From Octopus bimaculoides (Eukaryota): a DNA stretch of 64,000 nt. The translations under genes and the position numbers were made by a program. Of this stretch, positions 1-10,498 are shown piece after piece; positions within the stretch are counted from its first letter, which is position 1; every line of letters starts with the position of its first letter. The notes under the pieces are model-generated. The model was not told the origin of the DNA and ran no database searches. It was given only the letters and a program-made list of their open reading frames with translations. The DNA lies in contig NC_068992.1 in the NCBI RefSeq assembly GCF_001194135.2, positions 29,591,141 to 29,655,140 of the forward strand, given 5' to 3'.

Positions 1-1536
1 TATATATATATATATGTATATGTATATATTTATACATTGCAAAGTTTATATGTACGTAAATCGTCATTACATCATTAACATATCTATTATATTATATTCA
101 GTTTACGTCAGAATGAATTACGTGCACGGTAGCACAAAATTTTGCTACAGACTTTATGGTCAATAACTAATCTAATGATATTGGAGTGTAATTAAATAAT
201 TGATTAGACTTGTTCACCTTGCTCATTTCCTTGTAATTATTTAACAAATAAATACGGCATTCATTCCAATTCTAAGACAACAATTTGGCTTCTGAGAAAG
301 CACAACACATTATGAAAACGTAGAGTAGATAGTTTATATGGCATTCGTGACTGTTTGCTAAACTGAAGACTTCCTACTACGCAGTTTCCCTACCCATTGA
401 AGTTTAACGGTTAAAGATATTGACGAATGCTTGATTGTATCGTGAAGAGTTAGTGGTTGAAATTCTATTGGAAAATATATAGCACCTGTAAAATCTTTGA
501 AAAATTCCTATTAAAAGTAGTTGTGCTAATTTGTAAGAAGAACCTGGTCTTTATTTAACTAATAGTTGTATGTAGTTATTTAATTATATCCTTTCCATTA
601 AAGTTTACTTTTTGGGGAAATAAAGTGTGGCATGTTTAACACATTTAGCGTCGGCGTTCTTTTGAAATTTTGAAGAAGATCGTCTCTTGGAATGAAATAA
701 TTTTATAAAAAGTAAATTTGTCGCTGCTCTCACAATTAACACTTCCTAAATCTGACACTTCCGAATAATTTATGTTATCTAGTTTTCTAAAATTGCTAAT
801 AGACTTCAGAAGATAAATATCTACCCGTGAATACATTTAGCCAAGAATGAAAATGTTCGAATTCAGGCCGATATTTGACAAAGTTCATTGTTTATATACC
901 ATGAATTACTACTCTACGTATATGTCCAATACACGAATTTGATTCGCTCCGCAACTGCAAAATTTTCCTACCGAGTAGCACATCCATGTTCTTATTGGTA
1001 TAATTTCTGCATATGTGAGGATGAAAACATTGCCAAATAAGCATAAATGAACAGTGCAATTTAGATTTACGTTGCTAATTCTTTTTTTTTTTTTTTATAT
1101 ATAACTCTTAAACATCATAATTTCCCGCACTCCCACATCTATGTAATTACATCAGTAAAAGGAAATGATAAACAGAAACCAAAGAGAAATAAGATGCCTT
1201 TTCCTTTCACTAGTTGAGATTCCCATTGGACACATAACAGTGACTGAACACCTCTTACCGAATAAATATTTATATACTCTAAAACAGAAACCAGTTCTCG
1301 ACTGAGATGCTTCCATTATCAAATTTCCTATAATGCAACAGTCGAAAAGAAAGTATGAGGCTTGTGTATATATGTATTTATATGTACATGTATGAATTAA
1401 TATGCATACAAGTTAGAGAATGGATTGTGTGAATGTATCTATGAGCAGGTACGTATGCATGCTGATTATGTGGAGTGTTTTTTCTTAGACGTGTAGGTGT
1501 GTGTATATGAAGTTCTGTTTTACGATATTGCTGTAG

Positions 1537-1570
1537 GATTAGATGCAACAGTTTTCTGTTGCATCTAATC
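1537..1570. other. Perfect 15-bp inverted repeat with 4-nt loop
   Basis: GATTAGATGCAACAG-TTTT-CTGTTGCATCTAATC read directly. An imperfect outer arm pairs 1528-1540 with 1576-1588. Confidence 0.9.
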
Positions 1571-1871
1571 TGGAAAATCCTACAACAAAACTACTCCCAC
1601 TAGTGTATATTAACAGAACCTCCATACACAAACACACATACAGACACTCGCAAAGAGAGCCACATATATTGAATAAAGATTGAGAAAATACAGAAATATA
1701 TGCACTCTGAAATACTTATAAAATACAAAATAGCGCTTATGTAAAAAAATAAATCCCATATACTACGCTTAATCATGTTTCCATACTTAGGACTCTTATA
1801 TATACCCGTTCATACATAAACCTATTCATGCATTTAAACATTCACAACATTCACAACACACAATATACACA

Positions 1872-1938
<67 letters not shown>

Positions 1939-2589
1939 TAGAAATAAACAAACATACATACGCATATGTACAAGGCGATACGTACACGCATTAGATACAT
2001 TAAAAACACAGGAACAAGTATATACACATCAAAACACAAAATCAATATTTTTAAGTACAAATAAACTCATACATATAGTATTCAAATACAAATATACACA
2101 GATACAGACACACATAAAATATTAATATACAGAGAAAAATTTCAAAGCATGCATAAAAATATACTATGACCTACACCCAGAAACACACACAGGAGTAAGA
2201 TACACATGAACAGTAACATTTATACGTACATTCCTCTATATGTAACTCATAAAAACATGATTCGCAAAACATGCCCTGAGAAACATAGACGATCAAACTG
2301 TTGAAAAACAAAAATATATATATGATGTGCACACAAAACCAAGGAAGCAAAGAAACACGAACACAAATATAAATTTAAATAATAATACACTCATTCAGGC
2401 ACATATAGAAGCACATATACACGTGCACATAAAAAGTACACTAAGACAAACTAGATAACCAGTACATAATATACGTTCTAGTGTACAAATACATGCACAA
2501 ATATATATATATTTTCATGCATAGATACATACATATATATATGTGTGTGTGTCAATGATCATATTTATATATGATTATTGACACACACA

Positions 2590-2638
<49 letters not shown>

Positions 2639-2977
2639 ATACACACACACAAACAAACACACACATTTAAGTACTAACATACCAGCAGGGCATATTCTTC
2701 TTTCTAAATCTTAGTACGAGATATACTCAAAAATTTTAGCAGTCACTGTGTTCGTCTGTCATGTAATGTAATTTCGCCGTGGACGCTAAAAGAGAGTTCA
2801 GTGTTCTGCATATAAATATTTAAACAATTCTTATAGAATACTGATAAAGCCAGAAAAATAGCTGAAACGACGCTGTTCAGGGGTTCACACTTTTGACTTC
2901 TAACGTAATATTGTTATATCATGATAGGCATTTACTTCTACCTTCTCTGTCTCTGTCTCTGTCTGTCTGTCTATCTG

Positions 2978-3016
<39 letters not shown>

Positions 3017-3083
3017 TTCTCTCTATCTCNNNNNNNNNNNNNNNNNNNNNNNNNNNNNNNNNNNNNNNNNNNNNNNNNNNNNN

Positions 3084-3122
<39 letters not shown>

Positions 3123-3224
3123 TTAATTTACGGACACGGGGAATGCTAAAGCCTTTGGGTGTAATCATGGTTATCGCACACACACACACTAACTTGCACA
3201 CACATATTCTTTTATTCTCTTATT

Positions 3225-3410
3225 TGATTAAGTCATTTGGCTAGGGCCATGTTGGATACCACCTGGAAGTGTTTTAGTCGAAGAAATTGACCCAGAACTG
3301 ATTTTTTAAAGACTAGTACTTATTCTACCCCCTTCTTTGGCCGAACTGCTACGCTACGGGGATGTAAACAAACCAACAACAGTTGTCAAGCGGTGATGGA
3401 GGGACAAAAA
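3225..3410 (-). mobile_element. SINE family A, diverged 3' portion
   Basis: Reverse complement matches the 3' half of the full copy at 3495-3903 (…catggcc…caaatg…, ctacggggatgtaaac, gttgtcaagcg). Confidence 0.8.
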
Positions 3411-3494
3411 AGGCGACAGATGCATACGCACATGGGTACATGTATGTATACATACATACTTACATAAATACATACATAAATATATACATATATA

Positions 3495-3903
3495 AGCGCA
3501 GGAGTGGCTGTGTGGTAAGTAGCCAGCTTACCAACCACATGGTTTTGGGTTCAGTCCAACTGCGTAGCACCTTGGGAAAGTGTCTTCTACTATAGTCTCG
3601 GGACGACTAAAGCCTTGTGAGTGGATTTGGTAGATGGAAACTGAAAGAAACTCTCCGTATATATGTATATATGTGTTTGTGTGTGTATGTCTGTATTTGT
3701 CAGTCCCCCCCCACCATCGCTTGACAACCGACGCTGATGTGTTTACGTCCCCGTAACTTAGCGGTTCGAAAATGAAACCGATAAAATAAGCACTAGACCT
3801 ACAAAGAATGAGTCTTTGGGTAGATTTGTTCGACTAAAAGGCGGTGCTCCAGCATGGCCGCAGTCAAATGCCTGAAAAAGGTAAATGAATAAAAGAATAA
3901 AAG
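3495..3903 (+). mobile_element. SINE family A, full-length tRNA-derived SINE (octopus type)
   Basis: tRNA-like head (gtggctgtgtggtaag A-box-like, gggttcagtcc B-box-like), ccttgggaaagtgtcttctactatag core, (TA/TG) linker and A-rich tail. Colinear with the copy at 61617-62014. Confidence 0.9.
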
Positions 3904-4706
3904 GCATACATAAAAATGACAATAATTTTAATAATCGTAATAAAAATTATCGTTATTTTCATTATCATTGTTATCATTAATATTTTTACTAACAATTTTA
4001 TTGATATATGTTTTCATTTATAAAATCTGCATGGAATATAACCAATGAAAATGAAGTATATGCATCCAGCGAAATTGGAAAAGCCAAATAGGACTCGTAT
4101 ATTTCAATACAAATTTCTAATATTGGACGATGTTTAGTAGTTTATCCTAATATCAACCTGGAAGTATTGAAATTATGCTTGTATCTGTCCTTCTTTGATT
4201 ATCTTCTTTGAATTTTTACATTACAAGCAAGACGCTGTTTCTCAATCAGAAGTGAATTTCCATCATTCCAATTTATATTAGAACAATAGAACAACAGGAC
4301 GAAATCATATTCCAAATTTTAGGGAAATCAAGCATCCATTGTTATATTTAATGAATATACAAAATGTGAATTAAAAAGAGATATTTTTGCCGGAAGAGAA
4401 ATGCTTTTACAAAATATTTCTCCAGTGTTGAGTAATAAAACAAATTCAGATGGGCAACTTATTATTATAGATACAGGTGTAAATTTATGCATTTTAGACA
4501 TAAGATGTATTTCGCAGCAGATAACAATAAATGTTCACTTCCGCATTGATTTCAAATGTATACAAATATATATGCACGATCATTTCTTTCTCTCTCTAAA
4601 TCTCCGCATATTTACGTANNNNNNNNNNNNNNNNNNNNNNNNNNNNNNNNNNNNNNNNNNNNNNNNNNNNNNNNNNNNTATATATATATTATTCGCGTAC
4701 ATATAT

Positions 4707-4870
4707 AGGCGCAGGCGCGACTGTTGGGTAAGGATCCTGCTTCTCAACCACATGGTTTCACATTCAGTCCCACTGCGTGACCACTTGTGCATGTCTTCTA
4801 CTATAGCTATGGGCCGATCAAAGACTTGTCAGTGGATTTGGTTGACAGAAACTGCAAGAAGCCCGTCGTG
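4707..4870 (+). mobile_element. SINE family A, 5' head only
   Basis: aggcgcagg…cttctcaaccacatggtttc…gtcttctactatag…gaagcccgtcg matches the family A head. Confidence 0.85.
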
Positions 4871-4879
4871 AATAGAGGT

Positions 4880-6050
4880 AGGAAGAGACAAGAAAATGTC
4901 ATAAAGGAATGGAATCGGAGTAGCGGAGATTAGGCTGCAGAGATGAGGATGTAGATAAGTTGAGGATAGAGAAGAGCAGACTTTGAATTAATTGAGGATG
5001 GGAGCTGGTTACAGAGAAAGACAGGAAGAGGCAAGGAAAGAGTTCATGATATAAGTGTGGGGTAGCAGCAGAAGAAGATGTGCTGGGATATGGAAATAAA
5101 GAGAGAGAGAGGAGATAGAAAGAGAAAGTGAGGGAATTTGCTGCCAGCTAGCTAAGGGATAATTTAGGGCTCAGTCATAATTAGGAGACTTTATAGAAAC
5201 TTTTATGAGTAAAGGTGGAATAAAATTTGTGCCTGCATGAAAAGATTACGTCAGAGAATCTATGAAGTAATGAGGAGTTATGGGGGCGAAGGATAACGAA
5301 CAATTCCTTTGAACACGATTGAAACTCAGTGCTTAATGTTGTACAAGCAAGCCTCTGAAATAAAGGGCCAGGATAAGGTATAATGAATTTTCCGGTCTTT
5401 GAGGCTGTCTATGTACGTAGTTAGGGTGGAAGAGAGTCCAAATTCTTGATTTGAAAACGTATTCGTGGAGTCCGGTAGCGGCGCTTGAAATCAATAAATC
5501 CCCTTTATGTACAATATAAAGCCTAATTCAAAACCTTCCAACGTAAGAAATTAGATAAGGCAGCTGCAGGTTTTTCTGCTAGCGGTAAGCTTAGGATTGA
5601 TCCCAATTCATATGATCTGTTATTCTCAAAGAAGGACCGGAGGCGTTGTCATTACTAGTGTTAGACTAGGAAAGGGCGTTTATCACTGATCTATGTCATC
5701 AGATTGCTAGTGGTGGGGGCGGTATTATTGAAGTGGGTATGGTTCCCGATGGCTGTAGCATAATTATCAGTTGATTTAGGATGGGGTTTAGAGGAATAGA
5801 TCGTAGGGTCCACTGTAAGACGTCTTAGTTTGCGCTTATTAGGGGATGCAATTATAGATTCCAAATAAAGTGTTGTAGAATAAGATATTTTAATCGTATA
5901 CTTCTTTAAAATGGGGTAGAATATATGTTGTAGTAGGAAATTGGAGCTTTGGATTTTGAAAACTAGCTTGGTAAACGTCTTAACCTGAAAAGCGGTTAGG
6001 AACTGTAAGATCTCCCACTTTCTTCCCTTGGAGGGCATAAGACGCAGAGA
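4880..6050 (-). mobile_element. Highly degenerate non-LTR retrotransposon RT remnant (clade uncertain)
   Basis: Purine-skewed non-microsatellite block. The minus strand gives weak RT-like fragments (GSILS ~ PQGSILS; TTYIDSLKDR ~ WTxHIxxLK). No intact frame. Confidence 0.35.
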
Positions 6051-6530
6051 TGTGACAACATTTTCAGCCCTGAAATGTCATTGAAGTAAAGAATATGTTA
6101 AACGTACCAAATTGGTGGACACCTCTTTAAATGTAATAACGCCTAACATTTCATAAGAAGATACCATTATAGGAACTTTTAACAGTGTAGTCCTTGTAGC
6201 GAAAGCATTAATGCAGCATTTTTTTAATAAAATGCTCTTCTATTTGCCTTTCAGTTTCTGCCAACATTCAGTTTTCAATCACGATCACTAGTGAATAACC
6301 TGGAGAGATTTTGATTTCGGCTCCTGAAGAAATGATTATAAAGTTATGTTTATAACTCAAAAGAAAGAAGACAAAGTGATGCGGAATTTAAGGCCACGAG
6401 GCTGGAAAACAAATATGCGATGGAAAAGTCAATCATAAATGTTCTATAAGACAAGTTAAAGCTTACAACAATAGAAGTCACAAATATGTATGTAGGTATG
6501 TATGTATATATGTATGCATATATGTATGTA

Positions 6531-6588
<58 letters not shown>

Positions 6589-6783
6589 TAGATAGATATA
6601 TATATAGACAGAGAAAGTGAGAGAGAATGCACGATGCATTTGTTACTGTGGTAGCAAGTTTCAGTATGTTCGAACATAAAGCTTGATTATATATCAACAT
6701 TGTGTCTTTATTAGATTAGAGCATCAGATAGAGACCTCTGTGAGCAACCAAAGCAACAGCGGCTACAAGATCTACGCTACGCC

Positions 6784-6785
<2 letters not shown>

Positions 6786-6881
<96 letters not shown>

Positions 6882-7402
6882 AAGCAGCAAAAGAAGAGAA
6901 AGCATAATATGAAGAAGAAAATGTTAATGAAATGAAGATAGATAATAAGATACAACAAAATAAAAATAAGTATGTAGTTGATTTTGTTTGTGAATGTGTT
7001 GAAGAGGTGGCGGAAGGAGGAGAGGAAAAAATGAAAAAGAAAATGAGGAAGAGGAGAGGAGACAGAGAAAATGGCGATAGAGATGCAGGAAAGTAAAAGA
7101 ATATATAAACATGAAGAATATAAAAAAAAAAAACAATATAACATAACAAAAGCGTGTATAGCGAGAAATGAAAGAGGAATTTGAAGACCAATTACAAAAA
7201 TGATAAAAACAACAAAACTGAAACGCACAAAGAAACAAGTAAAATGATGATAATAAATAGGAACAACAACAACAACAACAACAACAAAAACAATAATAAT
7301 AATAATAATAATAATAATAAGAAGAAGAAGAAGAAGAAGAAGAAGAAAAAGAATAGAAAAGAAGAAGAAGAAGAAGAAGAAAAAGAAGAAGAAGAAGAAG
7401 AA

Positions 7403-7433
<31 letters not shown>

Positions 7434-7470
7434 AAGAAGAAGAAGAAGAATAAGAAGAAGAAGAAGAAGA
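6786..7470. repeat. Compound trinucleotide microsatellite region (ATT)n(AGT)n … (AAC)n(AAT)n(AAG)n
   Basis: Directly visible tracts at ~6786-6879 and ~7262-7470, separated by purine-rich low-complexity sequence. Confidence 0.95.
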
Positions 7471-7767
7471 CGGTATTATCAAGATAAGTTCGGTAAAAGA
7501 AAATTAGTAGGGAGCGGTTGGCAGATAGCGATAATTAGCAAACAATTCATTTGCTGGAAAGAATAAATAAAGCCAATAACGCCAGCATCTTGGCTTAGCC
7601 TTAAAAGCCTGGGTATTTTTGACTGACGAAACACATGTTTAAGCTCCCAGAAACCTGTGCGCCAATGAGCCAAATGGGTTGAACATACTGTCATCGTAAA
7701 AAAGAGGCAGTATACTCCTATACTACAGCGTCTGTGGTATATTTTGTATCTGAACTTGCCTAGACGT

Positions 7768-8158
7768 TGTTGTTGTTGTTGGCACTCCGTCGCTTACGAC
7801 GTCGAAGGTTCCAGTCGATCTGATCAACGGTACAGCCTGCTCGTGAAATTAACGTGCAAGTGGCTGAGCACTCCACAGACACGTGTACCCTTAACGTAGT
7901 TCTCGGGGATATCCAGCGTGACACAGTGTGACAAGGCTGACCCTTTGAATTACAAGCACAAAAGAAACAGGAAGAAAGAGTGAGAGAAAGTTGTGGTGAA
8001 AGAGTACAGCAGGGTTTGCCACCATCCCCTGCCGGAGCCTCGTGGAGCTTTAGGTGTTTTCGCTCAATAAACACTCACAACGCCCGGTCTGGGAAACGAA
8101 ACTGCGATCCTATGACCGTCTGTCCGCTGCCTTAACCACTGGGCCATTGCATCTCCGC
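7768..8158 (-). mobile_element. SINE family C, full length, with 11-bp TSD
   Basis: Minus-strand tRNA head (TGGCCCAGTGG A box) and (CAA)n tail. TSD TGCCTAGACGT at 7757-7767 and 8159-8169. Colinear with the copies at 14265 and 21674. Confidence 0.93.
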
Positions 8159-8902
8159 TGCCTAGACGTATTAAGAATAAATATGCAAATATTGAAAAAA
8201 AAACGAAGAAACCCTAGCAAAATGGAATGAATAGAAAGAAATGAGAAGAGAGCTAAATAACTACTTCCGCCCCAAGTTTGTTTTGATTAAAATTATCAAA
8301 TGGTTTCTTCATTTATTCGTATATCGGGGTCTAAAAGGTCAATTTGAACTTTCTCTGATTCAGACATTAAAGTGGGAGGTAGATAGCTATTCTTAGCAGA
8401 TCGAGCAATTATTCAAATAGCGTCTTGTTGATTTAGTTATAAATGATCGAATGTAGATGTGGATAAATTTAAAGACTAGAATATTAAAATTATCAACGGA
8501 AAAAAAATATGATGTAAGATATAGAATGAAATAACAAGAAAAACAAAGCACTGGGAGATCAAATTTTATACATATATCAAATAAGATGAAGATGAAAACG
8601 AACTAATGAATTAGATAGCGATTTGTAAAGAGTAAAAGATGAATAAAATAGAAGTGACCAAATTCATAAAATGCCATGAAAACTGGTCAAAATAGTTTCA
8701 CTATTGGATATCTAAATAAATATGTGCTTTGACTTACTGACTATAAGCTATCGTAAATGTATACAGCGTCTCATTTTTTTGTCAAGCTGAATGTATATTT
8801 TGTCGCACTCTAGGTCATCCAATATGTTTATTTCATTCCGTTATAATCCAGTTTCAATGTTTACTTTTGTCTCAATCTCAATCTAAAGAAGCTTAAATAT
8901 GC

Positions 8903-9050
8903 GCAGGTGTGGCTGTGTGGTAAGTACTTTGCTTCCTAACTACATGGTTAGAATCTTCAGTGTCTTCTATTATTTTCCAGGACCTATCAAAGCCTTGTGA
9001 GTGAATTGGGTCGATCGAAACTGAAAGAAATGTGACGCTTATACATATAT
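8903..9050 (+). mobile_element. SINE family A head, internally deleted
   Basis: gcgcaggtgtggctgtgtggtaag…gtgtcttctattat…aaagccttgtgagtg…gaaactgaaagaa. Confidence 0.8.
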
Positions 9051-9059
9051 TTATATATA

Positions 9060-9270
9060 CAGTAATCCTTCGACTATCGCGGGCGTTACGTTCCAAAACC
9101 CTGGCTTTATGCGAAAATCCACGAAGTAGAATCAGTACTGTATATTTTTGTATTATTTTTATAATTTGTATATATTTCGTTATGAATGAAAAACAACACC
9201 ACTGAGGAATCAACGTAAGCTTAAATAATAAACCGCGATAGGTGAACCGCGATATGGCGAGGGATTACTG
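9060..9270. mobile_element. Tc1/mariner (pogo/Tigger-like) MITE, 211 bp
   Basis: TA flanks at 9058-59 and 9271-72. TIRs CAGTAATCCTTCGACTATCGCGG and (reverse complement) CAGTAATCCCTCGCCATATCGCGG. A CAGT start with a TA TSD is typical of pogo/Tigger. Confidence 0.88.
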
Positions 9271-9284
9271 TACATTTATATGTA

Positions 9285-9412
9285 TTGATTGCAAATTTTG
9301 GCACAAGGCCAGCAATTTCAAGGGAATGTGTAAATTAATTACAATGACTCCAGTGTTCAACTGGTAGTTATTTTATCGACACCGAAAGGATGAAAGCCAA
9401 AGTCGACCTCTC
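9285..9412 (-). mobile_element. SINE family B fragment
   Basis: ttttggcacaaggcc…ttatcgac…gaaaggatgaaagccaaagtcgacctc, shared with the other B copies. Confidence 0.75.
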
Positions 9413-10302
9413 TATAGGTGATCTTATATAGGCCAGATAAATGTTTGTTTTGTCTATTGTAACCTATCAAGTCATATATTTAATTTCAGGAAGCCATTAT
9501 ATACATATTTATTATATCTAACTATAGACCATGTCAAACTTTGAATTTTGCTCTCAACGGCTCGCAAAAAATCTTTATTTTCTTTCACTATAGGGCACTT
9601 ATGAAGAATAGTATTTTTACATTGAAAGCCCCAATATTTTGCGTCACAACAGGAGAACTTAAATATTTATTCTCCCTAACTACATGCTGTTCTAAATTCT
9701 AATTTCTGGCACTCTATATGGTACAAAATATCCCAACTTATGCTAGAATGAATGCTTATTTAGACTCACTAAAGCTATTTATTATGTCATTCTTAAGATT
9801 AAACATGTCTCGCTAAAAGACAACCCAATACTTTTCTCTCTGAATATACGCGAAACTAAACGCTTAATTGTAACGCTATATCCCATGCTAAATATATAAT
9901 TTATCTAATTATAGACGGTCCAGAATATTTAATGTGTACGCTATACTAAAATTGTACTTTGGCTCCAAAAAGGTCATACCATAAATGTTAATTACAATTC
10001 ACTGAAGTCCATCTTAATATTTATTTTAACTCATTTTAAGCCATCGTAAATGTATATTTTGGTTCTCTATGGCGCATGGAATTGCTTTTTTTTTTTTATT
10101 TATTATCTACCAATATATATATATTGGTATATACCAATCTATATATTGTCTTATTGATGGAAATGTTAAATGTTTCATTTACTCCATTGCACCACTTCAT
10201 AAATGTATAATTTGTCCTTCTACAAGAAATATTAAATATTATTTTTTTGTCGCTACAAGTTTTACCAAGTATCTATTTGTTTAAGAATGGATTATAAATA
10301 TT

Positions 10303-10498
10303 CTTTTTTACTCTAGGCACAAGGCCCGAAATTTGGGGGTGAGGGGGCCAGTACGCAACTGATACTTAATTTATCGACCCTAAAAGGATGAAAGGCAAAG
10401 TCGACTTCGGCAGAATTTGAACTCAGAACGTAAAGACAAACGAAACACTGCTAAGCATTTCGCCAGGAGTGCTAACGTTTTTGCCAGCTCACCACCTT
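10303..10498 (-). mobile_element. SINE family B with 16-bp TSD
   Basis: TSD ATGGATTATAAATATT at 10287-10302 and 10499-10514. Head has the gaatttgaactc B box (GAGTTCAAATTC on the minus strand). Confidence 0.92.

Noticed and set aside
7760-8074. ORFs at 7760-8074, 21549-21779 and 21586-21828 with shared peptide text
   Set aside because: They lie in SINE family C copies, so the similarity is repeat-derived.
8080-8158. tRNA gene at the SINE C heads (Arg-like TCG region)
   Set aside because: No acceptor stem closure, and it continues into the SINE body with TSDs. It is a SINE head.
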